64,000 bases of DNA from Candidatus Velthaea sp. (GTDB lineage Bacteria > Vulcanimicrobiota > Vulcanimicrobiia > Vulcanimicrobiales > Vulcanimicrobiaceae). The stretch is from NCBI GenBank assembly GCA_050012475.1, contig JBEKHC010000003.1, positions 1-64,000 of the forward strand, given 5' to 3'. How positions within the stretch are numbered: the stretch's first letter is position 1; every line of letters begins with the position of its first letter. A program made the position numbers and the translations under genes. This document shows, piece by piece, positions 39,420-49,792 of this stretch. The notes below the pieces were generated by a model, which did not search any database, was not told the DNA's origin, and saw nothing but the letters and a program-made list of their open reading frames with translations.

Positions 39420-39922
39420 CGAGCCAGGGGAAGTGCTTCTCGCGGCTTGCCCGCGTCACGCGTACCGTGCCTGGCCGCATGCTCGATATAGCCTGCGATC
39501 GAACGCAACAAATCACGCGCCGTGCCCGCAGCGATGCGAAAGCCGATTCCGGCGTCGATGAGCGCGCCGACCGATCCGAACGGCGGTTGGTAGCGGCCGG
39601 CCAAAACGAGGCTGAAACAGTCGCGGTATGGGCTGCTTTCTACGGCCAACGCGCCGGCGAATTCCGGGGACCCATGGTCCTTGGACGCCCTGGTGACGGA
39701 ATAGGCCGGATGCCGATCGCCGGTCGACTGCAGTGCATAAAAGGACGCCACGCCGCGCCGTTCAAAGGGCAGCTTCCAGGCTGCCAATACCTTGAGCGGC
39801 AAACGCAAAGCGATGTTGACCGAACCGTCGCCGGCTCGATGCGCGGCAACGAATGCCGCCAACTGGTGGGCGGCCTCGCGCTCCGGACAAAGCACGACGC
39901 GGCGCTCGCTGATATCCGTCAA
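39416..39922 (-). CDS. Hypothetical protein, paralog A (SRPBCC-like fold suspected)
   Basis: Clear paralog of 61874..62374 (EFAGALAVE, FSLVL.G.YQ.PFG..GA..DAG.G.R.A); first gene of the ABC exporter operon. Confidence 0.75.
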   Translation of the reverse strand: MTDISERRVVLCPEREAAHQLAAFVAAHRAGDGSVNIALRLPLKVLAAWKLPFERRGVASFYALQSTGDRHPAYSVTRASKDHGSPEFAGALAVESSPYRDCFSLVLAGRYQPPFGSVGALIDAGIGFRIAAGTARDLLRSIAGYIEHAARHGTRDAGKPREALPLAR

Positions 39923-39975
39923 ATGACTGCTCTTCTCACCAGCGGATCGGTTCGCCGCAGTGCGGCCTCCGAGCG

Positions 39976-40022
39976 ATCATAGCATTCGACTCGGGGTAAA
40001 CACACCGTGAAAACAATGGATC
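39976..40022 (-). promoter_or_regulatory. Conserved regulon motif copy 3
   Basis: GATCCattgtTTTCACG, 24 nt, TATGAT (TGn extended -10). Confidence 0.7.
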
Positions 40023-40226
40023 GTGGGGGCCCGGACTCGGCTCTGCATCCCGGCTGTTCGACCGTCCCGTGCGCCGAGCGGCTCATTGCGCGCACGTTCA
40101 AGGCTTCGAGCACGATCGTGCAATAACGGTCGACGATCGCTGGCGACCGCGCGCCGACCGCGACACCGTCGTCAGCTTCAACCAGAATGTTAGCCTGACG
40201 TCTCGTTCTGAGAAGCTCTGCAGGAT

Positions 40227-42155
40227 TTAGACCGAGATTCTGACGCCAAACTCGATCGTGCTCTCGACGGGGAGGCCGAGCGACTCGGTGAGCGGGGTAG
40301 CATTCCGCGCCATGAACGCGTAGACAAATCGCTGCCAACCCGGCATCGCGCTCCGCGCGAGGTCGCGAACGAGCCTTGGATGCGGCAAATAATACGCAGA
40401 TACGGCGTCAAGTCCGAGCGGCTTTTCTCCGCAGCAATCGATGATGTCATCGATCGAGGGCATCTGCATGTATCCGTAGCGCGCGACGATCCGCATGACG
40501 TCGCAAGCCACCTGTTCGAAGACGATCCGGTCTTCCCTGCGCACCGTGGGACGACGTTCGTGTGCGATCGTAATGATCACGATGTTGGCGTGGAGCACGT
40601 GCGTTGAAAGCCACGCGTGGTGTAAGACGAAGGGAATGCCTTCGCTATCCGTTGTGAGAAAAACCGCGGTTTCGGGACGTAGGCGCACGGCGCGACTCGA
40701 GTACTCCTCGCGTTCGTACACGTCGAGCGGTGCCGATAGCTTTGCGAACGCTGCGGCGACGCGTCGCCGTCCCGATTCCCACGTGACGAAAAGCGTGAAA
40801 ACGACGAAGGCGATCGACGCCGGCAGCCAGGCCCCATCCATAATCTTGACGATGTTGCCGGCCAAGAACGCGAGATCGACGCTGAGAAAGACCGCGCTGA
40901 GCCCGTATGCGGCGAGCGGTGGCCATTTGAAACGGGAACGCGCGACCTGACCAAAAGCGAACGATGTGGCAAGCATCGTAACGGTGACGGCGAGGCCATA
41001 CGCCGAACCCAGCCGCTCGCTGCTGCGGAAACCGAGGACGACCCCAATGCAAGCGCACGCCAGCATCGCGTTGACGGCTGGGATAAAGATTTGTCCCGCT
41101 CGTTCGGAGGACGTATGGAGCACCCGCAAACGCGGTAGATAGCCGAGTTGTACCGCTTCTTGCGTCATCGAGAAGGCGCCCGTGATGAGCGCCTGCGACG
41201 CGATGACGGTCGCGACCGTCGACAGCGCGACCATCGCAAGCGTCGTCCAACCGGGATAAAGCGCGAAAAATGACGACGACGAAAGCACGCGAGGGTCGTG
41301 CAGCGCGAGGGCTCCTTGGCCGAAGTAGTTGAGGAGCAACGCCGGGAAGCATGCCGCGTACCAAGCAAGGCGAATTGCCGAGCTGCCGAAATGCCCGAGA
41401 TCGGCGTAGAGCGCTTCGACGCCCGATACCGACAGCACGACGGCGCCCAAAACCAGAATGCTCGACGGACCGTTCCGCGCCATAAACTGGAACGCATGAC
41501 GCGGGTCGAGCGCGACAAGAACGTGCGCGTCATGGACGAGTGCGACAAGTCCGCCGGCCCCGATCGCGATGAACCAGAGCAGCATGATCGGGCCGAAGAC
41601 GCTTCCGATCTTCCCGGTGCCGCGCGCTTGCACGAAGAACAGTGCTCCCAGGATGGCAACCGTGGCCGGAACCACGACCGGGTGCAGGGCCCGCGTTGCG
41701 ACATCAAGTCCCTCGACGGCCGAGAGCACCGAGATCGCGGGGGTAATGATGCCGTCTCCGTACAGCATCGCGGCTCCGAGAAGGAGCGCAAACGCAAGCC
41801 ACGGCAGGCGCTTCGAGACGCTGCTGCGGGGGATCGGAGTCAACAGCAGCGCCAGCAGCGCGAGCGTGCCGCCTTCTCCTTCGTAGTCGGCCCGCAGCAC
41901 GAATGTCGCATACTTCACGCAAACGACGAGAATGAGCGCCCATACGATGAGCGACAGGATGCCGAGCACGTTCTCCGCGCGAGCGGCGTAACCGGGACCC
42001 GCGACAAAACATAGCCGAAACGCGTAGAGTGGACTCGTCCCGATATCGCCGAAGACGATACCCAGCGCCGCGAGCGACAGCATCGCGAGCGGCGTGACGC
42101 TTTGCCGTCGTTCGGACGACGGTATGAAGCTCGGCGCGGTCCGGATCGTTTCCAT
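40227..42155 (-). CDS. kup: KUP/HAK/KT potassium transporter
   Basis: VFGDIGTSPLY, GEGG, GDGIITPAISVLSAVEG, EALYADLGHF, ASQALI, AYGLAV. Confidence 0.95.
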   Translation of the reverse strand: METIRTAPSFIPSSERRQSVTPLAMLSLAALGIVFGDIGTSPLYAFRLCFVAGPGYAARAENVLGILSLIVWALILVVCVKYATFVLRADYEGEGGTLALLALLLTPIPRSSVSKRLPWLAFALLLGAAMLYGDGIITPAISVLSAVEGLDVATRALHPVVVPATVAILGALFFVQARGTGKIGSVFGPIMLLWFIAIGAGGLVALVHDAHVLVALDPRHAFQFMARNGPSSILVLGAVVLSVSGVEALYADLGHFGSSAIRLAWYAACFPALLLNYFGQGALALHDPRVLSSSSFFALYPGWTTLAMVALSTVATVIASQALITGAFSMTQEAVQLGYLPRLRVLHTSSERAGQIFIPAVNAMLACACIGVVLGFRSSERLGSAYGLAVTVTMLATSFAFGQVARSRFKWPPLAAYGLSAVFLSVDLAFLAGNIVKIMDGAWLPASIAFVVFTLFVTWESGRRRVAAAFAKLSAPLDVYEREEYSSRAVRLRPETAVFLTTDSEGIPFVLHHAWLSTHVLHANIVIITIAHERRPTVRREDRIVFEQVACDVMRIVARYGYMQMPSIDDIIDCCGEKPLGLDAVSAYYLPHPRLVRDLARSAMPGWQRFVYAFMARNATPLTESLGLPVESTIEFGVRISV

Positions 42156-42244
42156 TCAGCAGCTCGGCGACGCCAAAGGCGACGGCGGCTTGCGGCGAAG
42201 CCGCAAACGCGATGGATTCGTCGAGCGTAGCCGAGGCGAATCCA

Positions 42245-43978
42245 CTAACGCGGGATGATGCCCGGGATGAGATACTGCTCCACCGCGACGAGGATGCTGA
42301 GCAAGACCGTCAGCACGATGCTATGGACGAACGTCCGCGCGAACACGACGCCTTCTTTGCCTTTCAAGTCCGTGACCGAGACGCCGGTGGTAATGTTCTG
42401 CGGCGAGATCATCTTGCCCATGACGCCGCCTGATGCATTGGTGGCCGCGAAGAGGATCGGATTGAGTTGGAGCTGATTGGCCGCGACGACTTGCAAGTTA
42501 CCGAAGAGCGCATTCGCAGACGTGTCGCTGCCCGACAAAAAGCCCGCCACCCAGCCGAGGCTAACGGAAGCCAACGGGAACAGCACCCCCAGCGACGCGA
42601 CGCCTTTTCCGAGCGTGTACGCCATGCCCGAGTAGTTCATCAGGTAAGCGAGACCGATGATGAGCGCGACGGTGATCACCGCGAGCCAAACCTGTTCCAA
42701 CGTCTGCTTCACACAGCGAACGAATCCGCGCGCATCGACGCCGACCACTGCCGCGGTGACGACCGCGGCGAAGAGAATCGCCGTACCCGTTGCCAGTGGC
42801 TGGAAATCCCACACCGCGGCATAGGGCTGGCCGTAAAGCGTGATAAACACGGCGTCGTTGAGGCCCGGCCAGGGGATCTTGAGGTCGCCGATGCTGAAGA
42901 TTTTGAGATACGTCCAGACGATGACGACGCCGGAAACGAGGAGCCACGGTATCCAGCCTTGCCACTCGGCAACGTGCGGACCACCGCCTTGAACAACGGC
43001 AACCTCCACGGCAGGGGCTTTCATGGCGGCGATCTTGAGGTTGGCGACTTCGGGGCCCGGAGCGCTCACTGCGACGACTCTGGGGACCGGAACTTTTGCT
43101 GCGGGGCGCGGCTCGCCGAGATTGGCGTCCAGATCCGTGCGCATCGCGAACTTCGGATCGGGCGCCGGATGCCAGCGTCGCAGAAAAAGAACGGTGACGA
43201 TCAAGGAAGTCAGCGATGACAACACGTCGGCCAGCCGGTAGTCCGCAAAGTTGGAAACCGCGAATTGCGTGACGGCCATGCTGCCGCCGGCGACGAGCAG
43301 CACGGGCCACAGTGCGGCGAGGGACCGTCGGCCACCGAGAATCGCGATGACGTAGAACGGCACGACGAGTGCGACGATCGGCAGTTGCCGGCCGATCATT
43401 GCGCCCAGCGTGGCGTCGGGAAGGTGGGTTACCGCCGCGAGAACGGTCACGGGCACGCCGAGCGCGCCGAATGCAACCGGAGCCGTGTCCAGGATCAGCG
43501 TATAGGTCAAGGCCTCGAGCGGCGACCAGCCCACGAGAATGAGCAGCGAACTGCAGATCGCGATCGGGGTCCCGAAGCCGGCGATGCCCTCGAGCAGAGC
43601 GCCGAAGCAGAAACCGATGACGATCAGCACGACGCGCTTGTCATTGGGCAGATTGTGAAAGATCCAATCGCGAAAGGCATTGAAACGGCCGGAGATGACC
43701 GCGATATTGTAGAGCAGCAGGGCGCTGAAGACGATCCACATGACGGGCCAAAGCGCGAAGGTGACACCGTTGGCTGCGCTGCTCAGTGCGAGCTTGAACG
43801 GAAACCGCCACAACCAGACCGCGATGACGAACGCCGATATCAGCCCGACCAGCGAAGCCTGCCAGGCCGGCCGCCGCAGAACGCCCAGCATGATCAGCAC
43901 CACCACGATCGGGAGCACGGCGACGGCGAAGGAAAGGGCTAAGTTCCCCGAGATCGGCGTTAGCAATTGGTGAAACAC
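42245..43978 (-). CDS. lctP: L-lactate permease family (LctP/LldP)
   Basis: LEGIAGFGTP, TAPVAFGALG, LSGSDTSANALFG, GGVMGKMISPQ. Confidence 0.92.
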   Translation of the reverse strand: MFHQLLTPISGNLALSFAVAVLPIVVVLIMLGVLRRPAWQASLVGLISAFVIAVWLWRFPFKLALSSAANGVTFALWPVMWIVFSALLLYNIAVISGRFNAFRDWIFHNLPNDKRVVLIVIGFCFGALLEGIAGFGTPIAICSSLLILVGWSPLEALTYTLILDTAPVAFGALGVPVTVLAAVTHLPDATLGAMIGRQLPIVALVVPFYVIAILGGRRSLAALWPVLLVAGGSMAVTQFAVSNFADYRLADVLSSLTSLIVTVLFLRRWHPAPDPKFAMRTDLDANLGEPRPAAKVPVPRVVAVSAPGPEVANLKIAAMKAPAVEVAVVQGGGPHVAEWQGWIPWLLVSGVVIVWTYLKIFSIGDLKIPWPGLNDAVFITLYGQPYAAVWDFQPLATGTAILFAAVVTAAVVGVDARGFVRCVKQTLEQVWLAVITVALIIGLAYLMNYSGMAYTLGKGVASLGVLFPLASVSLGWVAGFLSGSDTSANALFGNLQVVAANQLQLNPILFAATNASGGVMGKMISPQNITTGVSVTDLKGKEGVVFARTFVHSIVLTVLLSILVAVEQYLIPGIIPR

Positions 43979-44058
43979 GAGGGGATCCTCCGTCGCGACA
44001 GCGCGAACAGGAAGCGGCGACGCGCCTCAGGCCGCAAGTTGGGCGTCGAAAATGACAT

Positions 44059-47001
44059 TCACCGTCCGAGTGTTGGAGCGGCCTGACGATCGGGTCGCGC
44101 CGATGTCGTTTCATCCACGAGATAGACGATCGACTCGAACGGGAACGCGAGGTGATCGCTGAGCACGGTCTCGCAGGTTTTTCCAAATGAATACGCGCCG
44201 TCGAAGGAGCGTCCCGAGAGCTCCGTTTTCTCGTCACGCAACGCCGAGGCAGCCCCTTCCGGGTAGCGGAAGCCGCGGTCGCCGCCGGCGCCGCAACAGC
44301 CGGCGCTCGACGGGATCCAGCTTTCTCTCGCGCAGGCCCTGCCGATCGCGTCGATCTTGTCATCGACACCGAGTTGCCGACACGCGCAGGTGGGATGCAT
44401 GAGCACCGACCCCTTCGGCGTGGTAACGTTCAAGCGGGGAAGCACATCGTCGTGGAGCCACCCGGCCATGCCGCGAATCGTGAGCTTCGCGTATTTCGCC
44501 TGATTCGCGCTGGAAAGAAGCCGCGGGCGAGCGCCCCACATCTGCGTTTCCATCTCGACCAGCAGCGTCCGTGCGCACGAACTGACGTCGCACACGATCG
44601 GCAGTCGTCCGCCGTCGCTCCACGAATACATCGCCTCAATGACCCGATTCGCCATCACTTCCTGTGCCTCGGGAAATCCCTGATGGGCGAAGAGCTGCGA
44701 GCAACACAGACCGATCGAATCTTTGGGCAAATACATCGTGATGCCGGCGCGTTCGGCGATCCGCAGAACGGTCTGCATCACGCTGTCCTTGCCGCGTGTC
44801 GACGAGCCCATGATCCGCGTGATGCACGCGGGGAAGTAGACGATATCGGGATTCGCGGGTTTCGTCGATGGTCGCGCCGGTGCCCGGCCCAGATTCCCCG
44901 ACCACTGCGGGAACCCGGGCAGAACGCCGCCCAGAGCCGCCGTGACCCACGGCATCGTGCCGCTGCCGAAGGTCTTTTGCACGGCCGCGCCGCTGTCGAG
45001 TGTCAATCGGGCCGTTTCTTCGAGCAGGAAAAAGTTTGTCGCGGCGGCGGCCATCAGTTTTCGGGCGGCCTTGGGGATGGCTTCCGCTCGATCGTAGTCG
45101 GTGAGGTACGCCGTGCTGATGCCGACCGGGCAGACCGTCTGGCACATGCCGTCGGCGATACACGTTTCGCGCCCCTCGTGCGCATACTGACGCGAGAGCG
45201 TTTGCGCGCGGTCATGCTCGCCGGCTTCTTCGAGGGAAAGCCGAACGCGGTGCGCTTGGATCCGCCCGCGCGGCGTCAGCGTCGAGTAGCGCGTGGGGCA
45301 CACCCACTCACAGTAGCCGCATTCGATGCAGCGGTCGACGACCGGATCGCCGAGCAGCGGCATGCCCTTGATATGCTCGAGATGCACGTTCGGATCGTCG
45401 TTGATCATCACGCCCGGATTCATGAGGTTTGCGGGATCGATCAGCACCTTGAGCCGCTGCATGACGCCATAGGCTTGCGGCCCCCATTCCGTCTTGATGA
45501 ACGGAGCCATCGCACGACCCGTGCCGTGCTCGGCCTTGAGCGAACCGTCAAAGGTGAGCACGAGCTCGACGACGTCGTTCATGAAGCGGCCGAAATGCGC
45601 GACGCGTGCGCCGTCCCCCATGTCGTCGGTAACCAAGAAGTGGATGTTGCCGACGCTGGCATGGCCGAAGATCGACCCCTCGTAGGCATACTTCTCGAAG
45701 AGTCGTTGCAGACCGAGGATCAGTTTGTCCAGGCTTTCGACCGCGACCGCGACGTCTTCCAAAATAACGGTCGTGCCCGGTTTGCGCGCTCCGCCGACGC
45801 TGGCGAAGATGCCGTCGCGCACCGTCCAAAGCAGCGCGCGTTCCTTCATCGATGTACTGAACGGCAGTTGGGCAAGCAGCCGCAGCAGCGCAATGGTCCG
45901 TGCGGCTTCGGCCTGCGCGGCCGCGAGCGCGGCGACGTCCGCTCCATGGTAGTCGATGAGCAGCGCCGCAGCTCCATCCGGCAACGAACCCACGATCCCG
46001 GGTACGCCGGGGCGGCCGATCACCGAACGCAAAGACGCGATGTCCATCAGCTCGATCGCCGCGGCGCCGCTTTTCACCAGCGCCGGCACAGCGGCCGCCG
46101 CATCGGCCACGTTGTGAAAGAAGAGCAGCGAGCTGGATTGCTGGACGTCGATCGGCACCGTGAAGAGCACGGCCGACGCGATATACGCTAACGTTCCTTC
46201 CGAACCGATCAACAGGTGCGCCAAGATGTCGATCGGTTCGTCGTGGTCGAGAAACGAGTTGATGGCGTAGCCCGAGACATTCTTGATTTCGTATTTGCGC
46301 GCGATACGCGCGCAAAGCGCGCCATCGGCACGCACCTCATCGCGTAGTGCTGCCAGCCCCCGGTAGATATCCGGGTCGCAGGCCGCGAAGCGCGCACGAT
46401 CCTCCGGCTTCGCAGTATCGTAGCGGTTGCCGTTCGGCAGCACGAAATCGATCGAGGCCAGCGTATTATAGGCGTTGAACTTCGTCCCGGCTTGCATCCC
46501 GCTCGAGTTGTTGGCGAGCACGCCGCCCATCATCGCGACCTGGCTCGAAGCCGGATCGGGGCCGATTTTCTTTCCCGCGGGCTTGAGCATCGCATTGAGG
46601 TGGAGCACGGTCAACCCCGGTTCAAACCACACTTTGCTCGCGTCATCGCGCAACTCGCTCGCCCGAAAGGCAAACCGCTGATCCGCAATGATCCCCGTCC
46701 CCACCGTCTGACCCGAGAGCGAACTGCCGCCGGCCCGTAACGTGATCGGCACGTTCTGCGCTCTGCCGATTCGCAGCAAGCTTTGCACGTCTGCCGCCGA
46801 CGCGACGCGCACCACTGCTTGCGGAAGATATTCAAAGTACGATCCATCACGGCCGTACACGGCGCGATAGATCTCATCGAACTTGAGCGCTTCGGCGGGA
46901 AACGCAGCCTCTAATGCCGCCCGTAATTCGACCTTGACCACGGACTCGGACAACGTCTCGCGCAGCGTCGAACCTTCGAAGGCGATTGGCGCAACAGCCA
47001 T
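44059..47001 (-). CDS. FAD- and Fe-S-binding oxidoreductase (probable D-lactate dehydrogenase)
   Basis: RAGGSSLSGQ, GPDPAS, IGSEGTL, FGHASVGNIHF, LKAEHGTGR, CIECGYCEWVCP, CCG domains; adjacent to lactate permease. Alternative start at 47013. Confidence 0.88.
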   Translation of the reverse strand: MAVAPIAFEGSTLRETLSESVVKVELRAALEAAFPAEALKFDEIYRAVYGRDGSYFEYLPQAVVRVASAADVQSLLRIGRAQNVPITLRAGGSSLSGQTVGTGIIADQRFAFRASELRDDASKVWFEPGLTVLHLNAMLKPAGKKIGPDPASSQVAMMGGVLANNSSGMQAGTKFNAYNTLASIDFVLPNGNRYDTAKPEDRARFAACDPDIYRGLAALRDEVRADGALCARIARKYEIKNVSGYAINSFLDHDEPIDILAHLLIGSEGTLAYIASAVLFTVPIDVQQSSSLLFFHNVADAAAAVPALVKSGAAAIELMDIASLRSVIGRPGVPGIVGSLPDGAAALLIDYHGADVAALAAAQAEAARTIALLRLLAQLPFSTSMKERALLWTVRDGIFASVGGARKPGTTVILEDVAVAVESLDKLILGLQRLFEKYAYEGSIFGHASVGNIHFLVTDDMGDGARVAHFGRFMNDVVELVLTFDGSLKAEHGTGRAMAPFIKTEWGPQAYGVMQRLKVLIDPANLMNPGVMINDDPNVHLEHIKGMPLLGDPVVDRCIECGYCEWVCPTRYSTLTPRGRIQAHRVRLSLEEAGEHDRAQTLSRQYAHEGRETCIADGMCQTVCPVGISTAYLTDYDRAEAIPKAARKLMAAAATNFFLLEETARLTLDSGAAVQKTFGSGTMPWVTAALGGVLPGFPQWSGNLGRAPARPSTKPANPDIVYFPACITRIMGSSTRGKDSVMQTVLRIAERAGITMYLPKDSIGLCCSQLFAHQGFPEAQEVMANRVIEAMYSWSDGGRLPIVCDVSSCARTLLVEMETQMWGARPRLLSSANQAKYAKLTIRGMAGWLHDDVLPRLNVTTPKGSVLMHPTCACRQLGVDDKIDAIGRACARESWIPSSAGCCGAGGDRGFRYPEGAASALRDEKTELSGRSFDGAYSFGKTCETVLSDHLAFPFESIVYLVDETTSARPDRQAAPTLGR

Positions 47002-47243
47002 GGTGTTCCTCATTATTGCTGCGAGTGTTCTTCGTCCCAGAAACTAGGGCTATCGAAAAAGAGGGCAGTTATTCGTCCTTCGCGGTCTTCCGCAAGGAAC
47101 GTCTGACGCAGGACACCGCAGTCGCCACGTTTCGAGCGTGCGCACCCGGCCCAGCCTGCACGCGACAAACCCGCGCATCCCTTTGCGAAGCGATCGTGTT
47201 CGCGCGTCCTTCCCAAAAAGCGGCGCGATTGAACTCATCGCCC

Positions 47244-47289
47244 AACATACACGCTTGGGAGCGGACCAGCCATAGCGAAACGGGGGATA
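47244..47289 (-). promoter_or_regulatory. Conserved regulon motif copy 4 (variant)
   Basis: TATCCcccgTTTCGCT, 24 nt, TATGTT; faces the dehydrogenase-lctP-kup genes. Confidence 0.55.
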
Positions 47290-47380
47290 GCCAAAACGCG
47301 GAAGCAGCGCTTCGTTGGCGACGCCGCCCAGTCGCCCGCAAGACTGCAAGGTGGAGCGCGAGGGACGGAACCGAACGAAG

Positions 47381-47426
47381 TATCCCTCTTTTCACTATGG
47401 CTGCTGCCGACCCAGGCTAGTATGGT
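47381..47426 (+). promoter_or_regulatory. Conserved regulon motif copy 5
   Basis: TATCCctctTTTCACT, 24 nt, TATGGT. Confidence 0.6.
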
Positions 47427-47473
47427 AGCCAGAGAACAGCGTGGCGTTCAGCCGGGAGGGACGAAGTTCGGAA

Positions 47474-47860
47474 ATGAAGCGCGTAAAGGTCCATACACGC
47501 CTGGAGATCGAGCGCGCGCTTCGGGAGCGTATGGTCCCGTGTACGGACAACCGTGAGGCCCTCGTTGAACTCGGGTTCATGCCGGCGTATCCGCACCTCG
47601 CGCACGATGTCTACTACGGCACTCTTTGGACGCGCGCAGTCGATGCGAACAACGATCCGGCCGTCCCGCCGCGCCCGAATGCGAAAATGCTCGTCGTGGA
47701 GCGAGCCGTTCACATTGCTGCAAAGCGCCGCACCCACCGCATCCGCTTACGACGCGCCGGACGTTGCCTGGCCGTCACGACGCGCAACCGCGCCTATTGC
47801 CCCTTACCTGCACGCCGCCTTGTCGGCCTCGTCGTTCGTGAGCGTGACCCCGGGCCGTGA
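47474..47860 (+). CDS. Hypothetical protein (3' part possibly frameshifted)
   Basis: Protein-like first ~80 aa then an Arg-rich tail; GGGAGG upstream; preceded by motif copy 5. Confidence 0.4.
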   Translation: MKRVKVHTRLEIERALRERMVPCTDNREALVELGFMPAYPHLAHDVYYGTLWTRAVDANNDPAVPPRPNAKMLVVERAVHIAAKRRTHRIRLRRAGRCLAVTTRNRAYCPLPARRLVGLVVRERDPGP

Positions 47861-47870
47861 CGACGGCCTT

Positions 47871-48869
47871 TTAGGGTTCGAGCGCGAGGATGTGAATGCG
47901 GCCGAACGCGTCGCCCACGACGATCATCCGGTCATTCGCAAGGGTGCAGCACTGCGCGGACGCGGCGCAAAAGAATGTCGCGATCGTTGCGCCGCTCGCG
48001 AGTTCCCAGACTTTGACGGTTTGGTCCGCGGATGCGGAGACCACGCGCCGCCCGTCGGAGGTGAGCGCGACCGAAGAAACCGCGGCGGAGTGACCTTCGA
48101 GCGTCCGCAGCGCGCGGCCGCTTTCGAGGTCCCAGACCTTAACGGTCTGATCGGCGGAAGCGGAGACGGCGTGCCGTCCCTCCGGTGTAACCACGACGGC
48201 GTTGACGAGGCCCAGATGTCCGCGCAGCGTGCGCAGCTCGCGACCGCTTTCGAGTTCCCACACCTTGAGCGTCTCGTCATAGGAAGCGGAAACGGCACGC
48301 CAGCCGTCCGGCGTAACCGCGACGGCCCAGACCGACCGGGTGTGACCGCGAAGGGTCTGCACGATACGGCCGCTGTCGAGTTCCCACACCTTGAGCGTTT
48401 CGTCGGCCGAGGCCGAGATGGCGCGCCGGCCGTCAGGCGTGACGGCTACCGCCTTGACGACGTCGGCGTGGCCCGCAAACGTTCGCGTCTCCAGGCCGCT
48501 GTCGAGCTCCCATGCTTTGAGCGTGTAGTCCCACGATGCCGACACCGCGCTCTTTCCGTTCGGCGTTAGCGCGACGGCATCGACGGGGCGAGCATGTCCT
48601 TGGAGGGTCCGCAATTCCTGACCGCTTTCGATATCCCACAACTTGAGCGTGTGATCCCAAGAGGCGGAAACGGCGCGGCGGCCATCCGGCGTTACCGCCA
48701 CGGCATCAACCCGGCCGGCGTGACCTTGAAGAACTCGCGATCCGCGAGCATCGGCGGCGCGTCGATCGTCAGGGCCTGCATAAAACTCCGCCCCGTAGCC
48801 CGCCAGCGCCCGAAGCAAAGGAACGTTCCCCGGAATCCCCGGTGCAGCCCCGATCTCACTCATTTCCAT
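47871..48869 (-). CDS. WD40 repeat protein (six 42-aa repeats plus one degenerate blade)
   Basis: Repeats of L.GH...V.AVAVTPDGRRAVSAS.D.TLKVW.L.SG; AAGGAG RBS. Confidence 0.93.
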   Translation of the reverse strand: MEMSEIGAAPGIPGNVPLLRALAGYGAEFYAGPDDRRAADARGSRVLQGHAGRVDAVAVTPDGRRAVSASWDHTLKLWDIESGQELRTLQGHARPVDAVALTPNGKSAVSASWDYTLKAWELDSGLETRTFAGHADVVKAVAVTPDGRRAISASADETLKVWELDSGRIVQTLRGHTRSVWAVAVTPDGWRAVSASYDETLKVWELESGRELRTLRGHLGLVNAVVVTPEGRHAVSASADQTVKVWDLESGRALRTLEGHSAAVSSVALTSDGRRVVSASADQTVKVWELASGATIATFFCAASAQCCTLANDRMIVVGDAFGRIHILALEP

Positions 48870-49240
48870 CGCTTCTCCTTTTTGCTGTGCGATAAACGCA
48901 ACGGCGCTGCTACGACACCTTCGCTAACATCAATGCGATCGGGGCTGCTCCGATTTAGCCCTGGACGTCGTCGCTACGCGGCTCATTTGCTGAAGCAAAC
49001 TTCGCCGCTGTGCTCCTCGCCAGGACGACTACTGTTCATGCGGCATTGTATGACAACGACAAATATATCACGATTGTACTCCAAACGTTATCCGCGCGCA
49101 GTTACTTTGATCCATCTCGGCGCGCCGGCAATCCGACGCGAGCACGAGCCGTTCTTTGGTCTACGCACGTTTCATCGTTGCGCCGCAGCGCGCGATAAGC
49201 ACACCGCTCAGAGCCCGTACCGCGATAAACCAGCTCGTAC

Positions 49241-49287
49241 ATTCCATGTTTTTCACGGTACCGCAGATGGCAAGCGTGCGCTAGAAT
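49241..49287 (+). promoter_or_regulatory. Conserved regulon motif copy 6
   Basis: ATTCCatgttTTTCACG, 24 nt, TAGAAT. Confidence 0.65.
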
Positions 49288-49436
49288 AGGTATGCTCCGC
49301 TCAATCTCTCGGCTCGACCGATTCTTTGAAAGCGGACTTCGCTGACTCGTCGACTTCCAGCCCGCAATGGGCTCATTTCGAGCTATCAGCAGTGCCTATC
49401 GCGAAATTCACCGCGACCAACAAACAAAGGACATTC

Positions 49437-49679
49437 ATGGAAACAAAAAGCGAACTCACGAAAGTCATCGACAAGGTCACCGAGACCGCCGACAACGTCA
49501 AAGGCGCGGCGACCGAATTCGTTCATCGGGCAGCCGCGGAGGCCGAGCAGGAAAAGCGCATTCTGGCCGGAGACACCATGACGACCGATGCAAAGGCAAG
49601 CTCGATGCTCAACGAAGCAAAACAGACGGCGCAAGGCGACGTCGAAGCGATGAAGCGCACCGAGCGCAACAAGGCGTAA
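49437..49679 (+). CDS. Small hydrophilic helical protein (LEA/CsbD-like stress protein)
   Basis: AAGGA RBS; A/E/K/T-rich composition. Confidence 0.7.
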   Translation: METKSELTKVIDKVTETADNVKGAATEFVHRAAAEAEQEKRILAGDTMTTDAKASSMLNEAKQTAQGDVEAMKRTERNKA

Positions 49680-49685
49680 CTTTCC

Positions 49686-49725
49686 AGCAGTCGCAGAGGG
49701 CGCTCGAACGCTCTCTGCAACTGCT
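49686..49725. terminator. Long hairpin between convergent genes
   Basis: AGCAGT.GCAGAGGGCG...CGCTCTCTGC.ACTGCT. Confidence 0.5.
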
Positions 49726-49792
49726 CCGGCTTGGATTGACGACGGTTCACTCAGAAGTAGTTCCGGCGCGGTTCGAGATTTCGGCCGCATCG

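Noticed and set aside
47990..48730. 126-bp periodic DNA repeats as a possible CRISPR array
   Set aside because: They are in-frame WD40 coding repeats with no unique spacers and no cas genes.
49060..49100. ATATATCACGATT as a motif copy; also TATTTCACCGG near 1190 (-)
   Set aside because: Partial core only, with no -10 hexamer 24 nt downstream.
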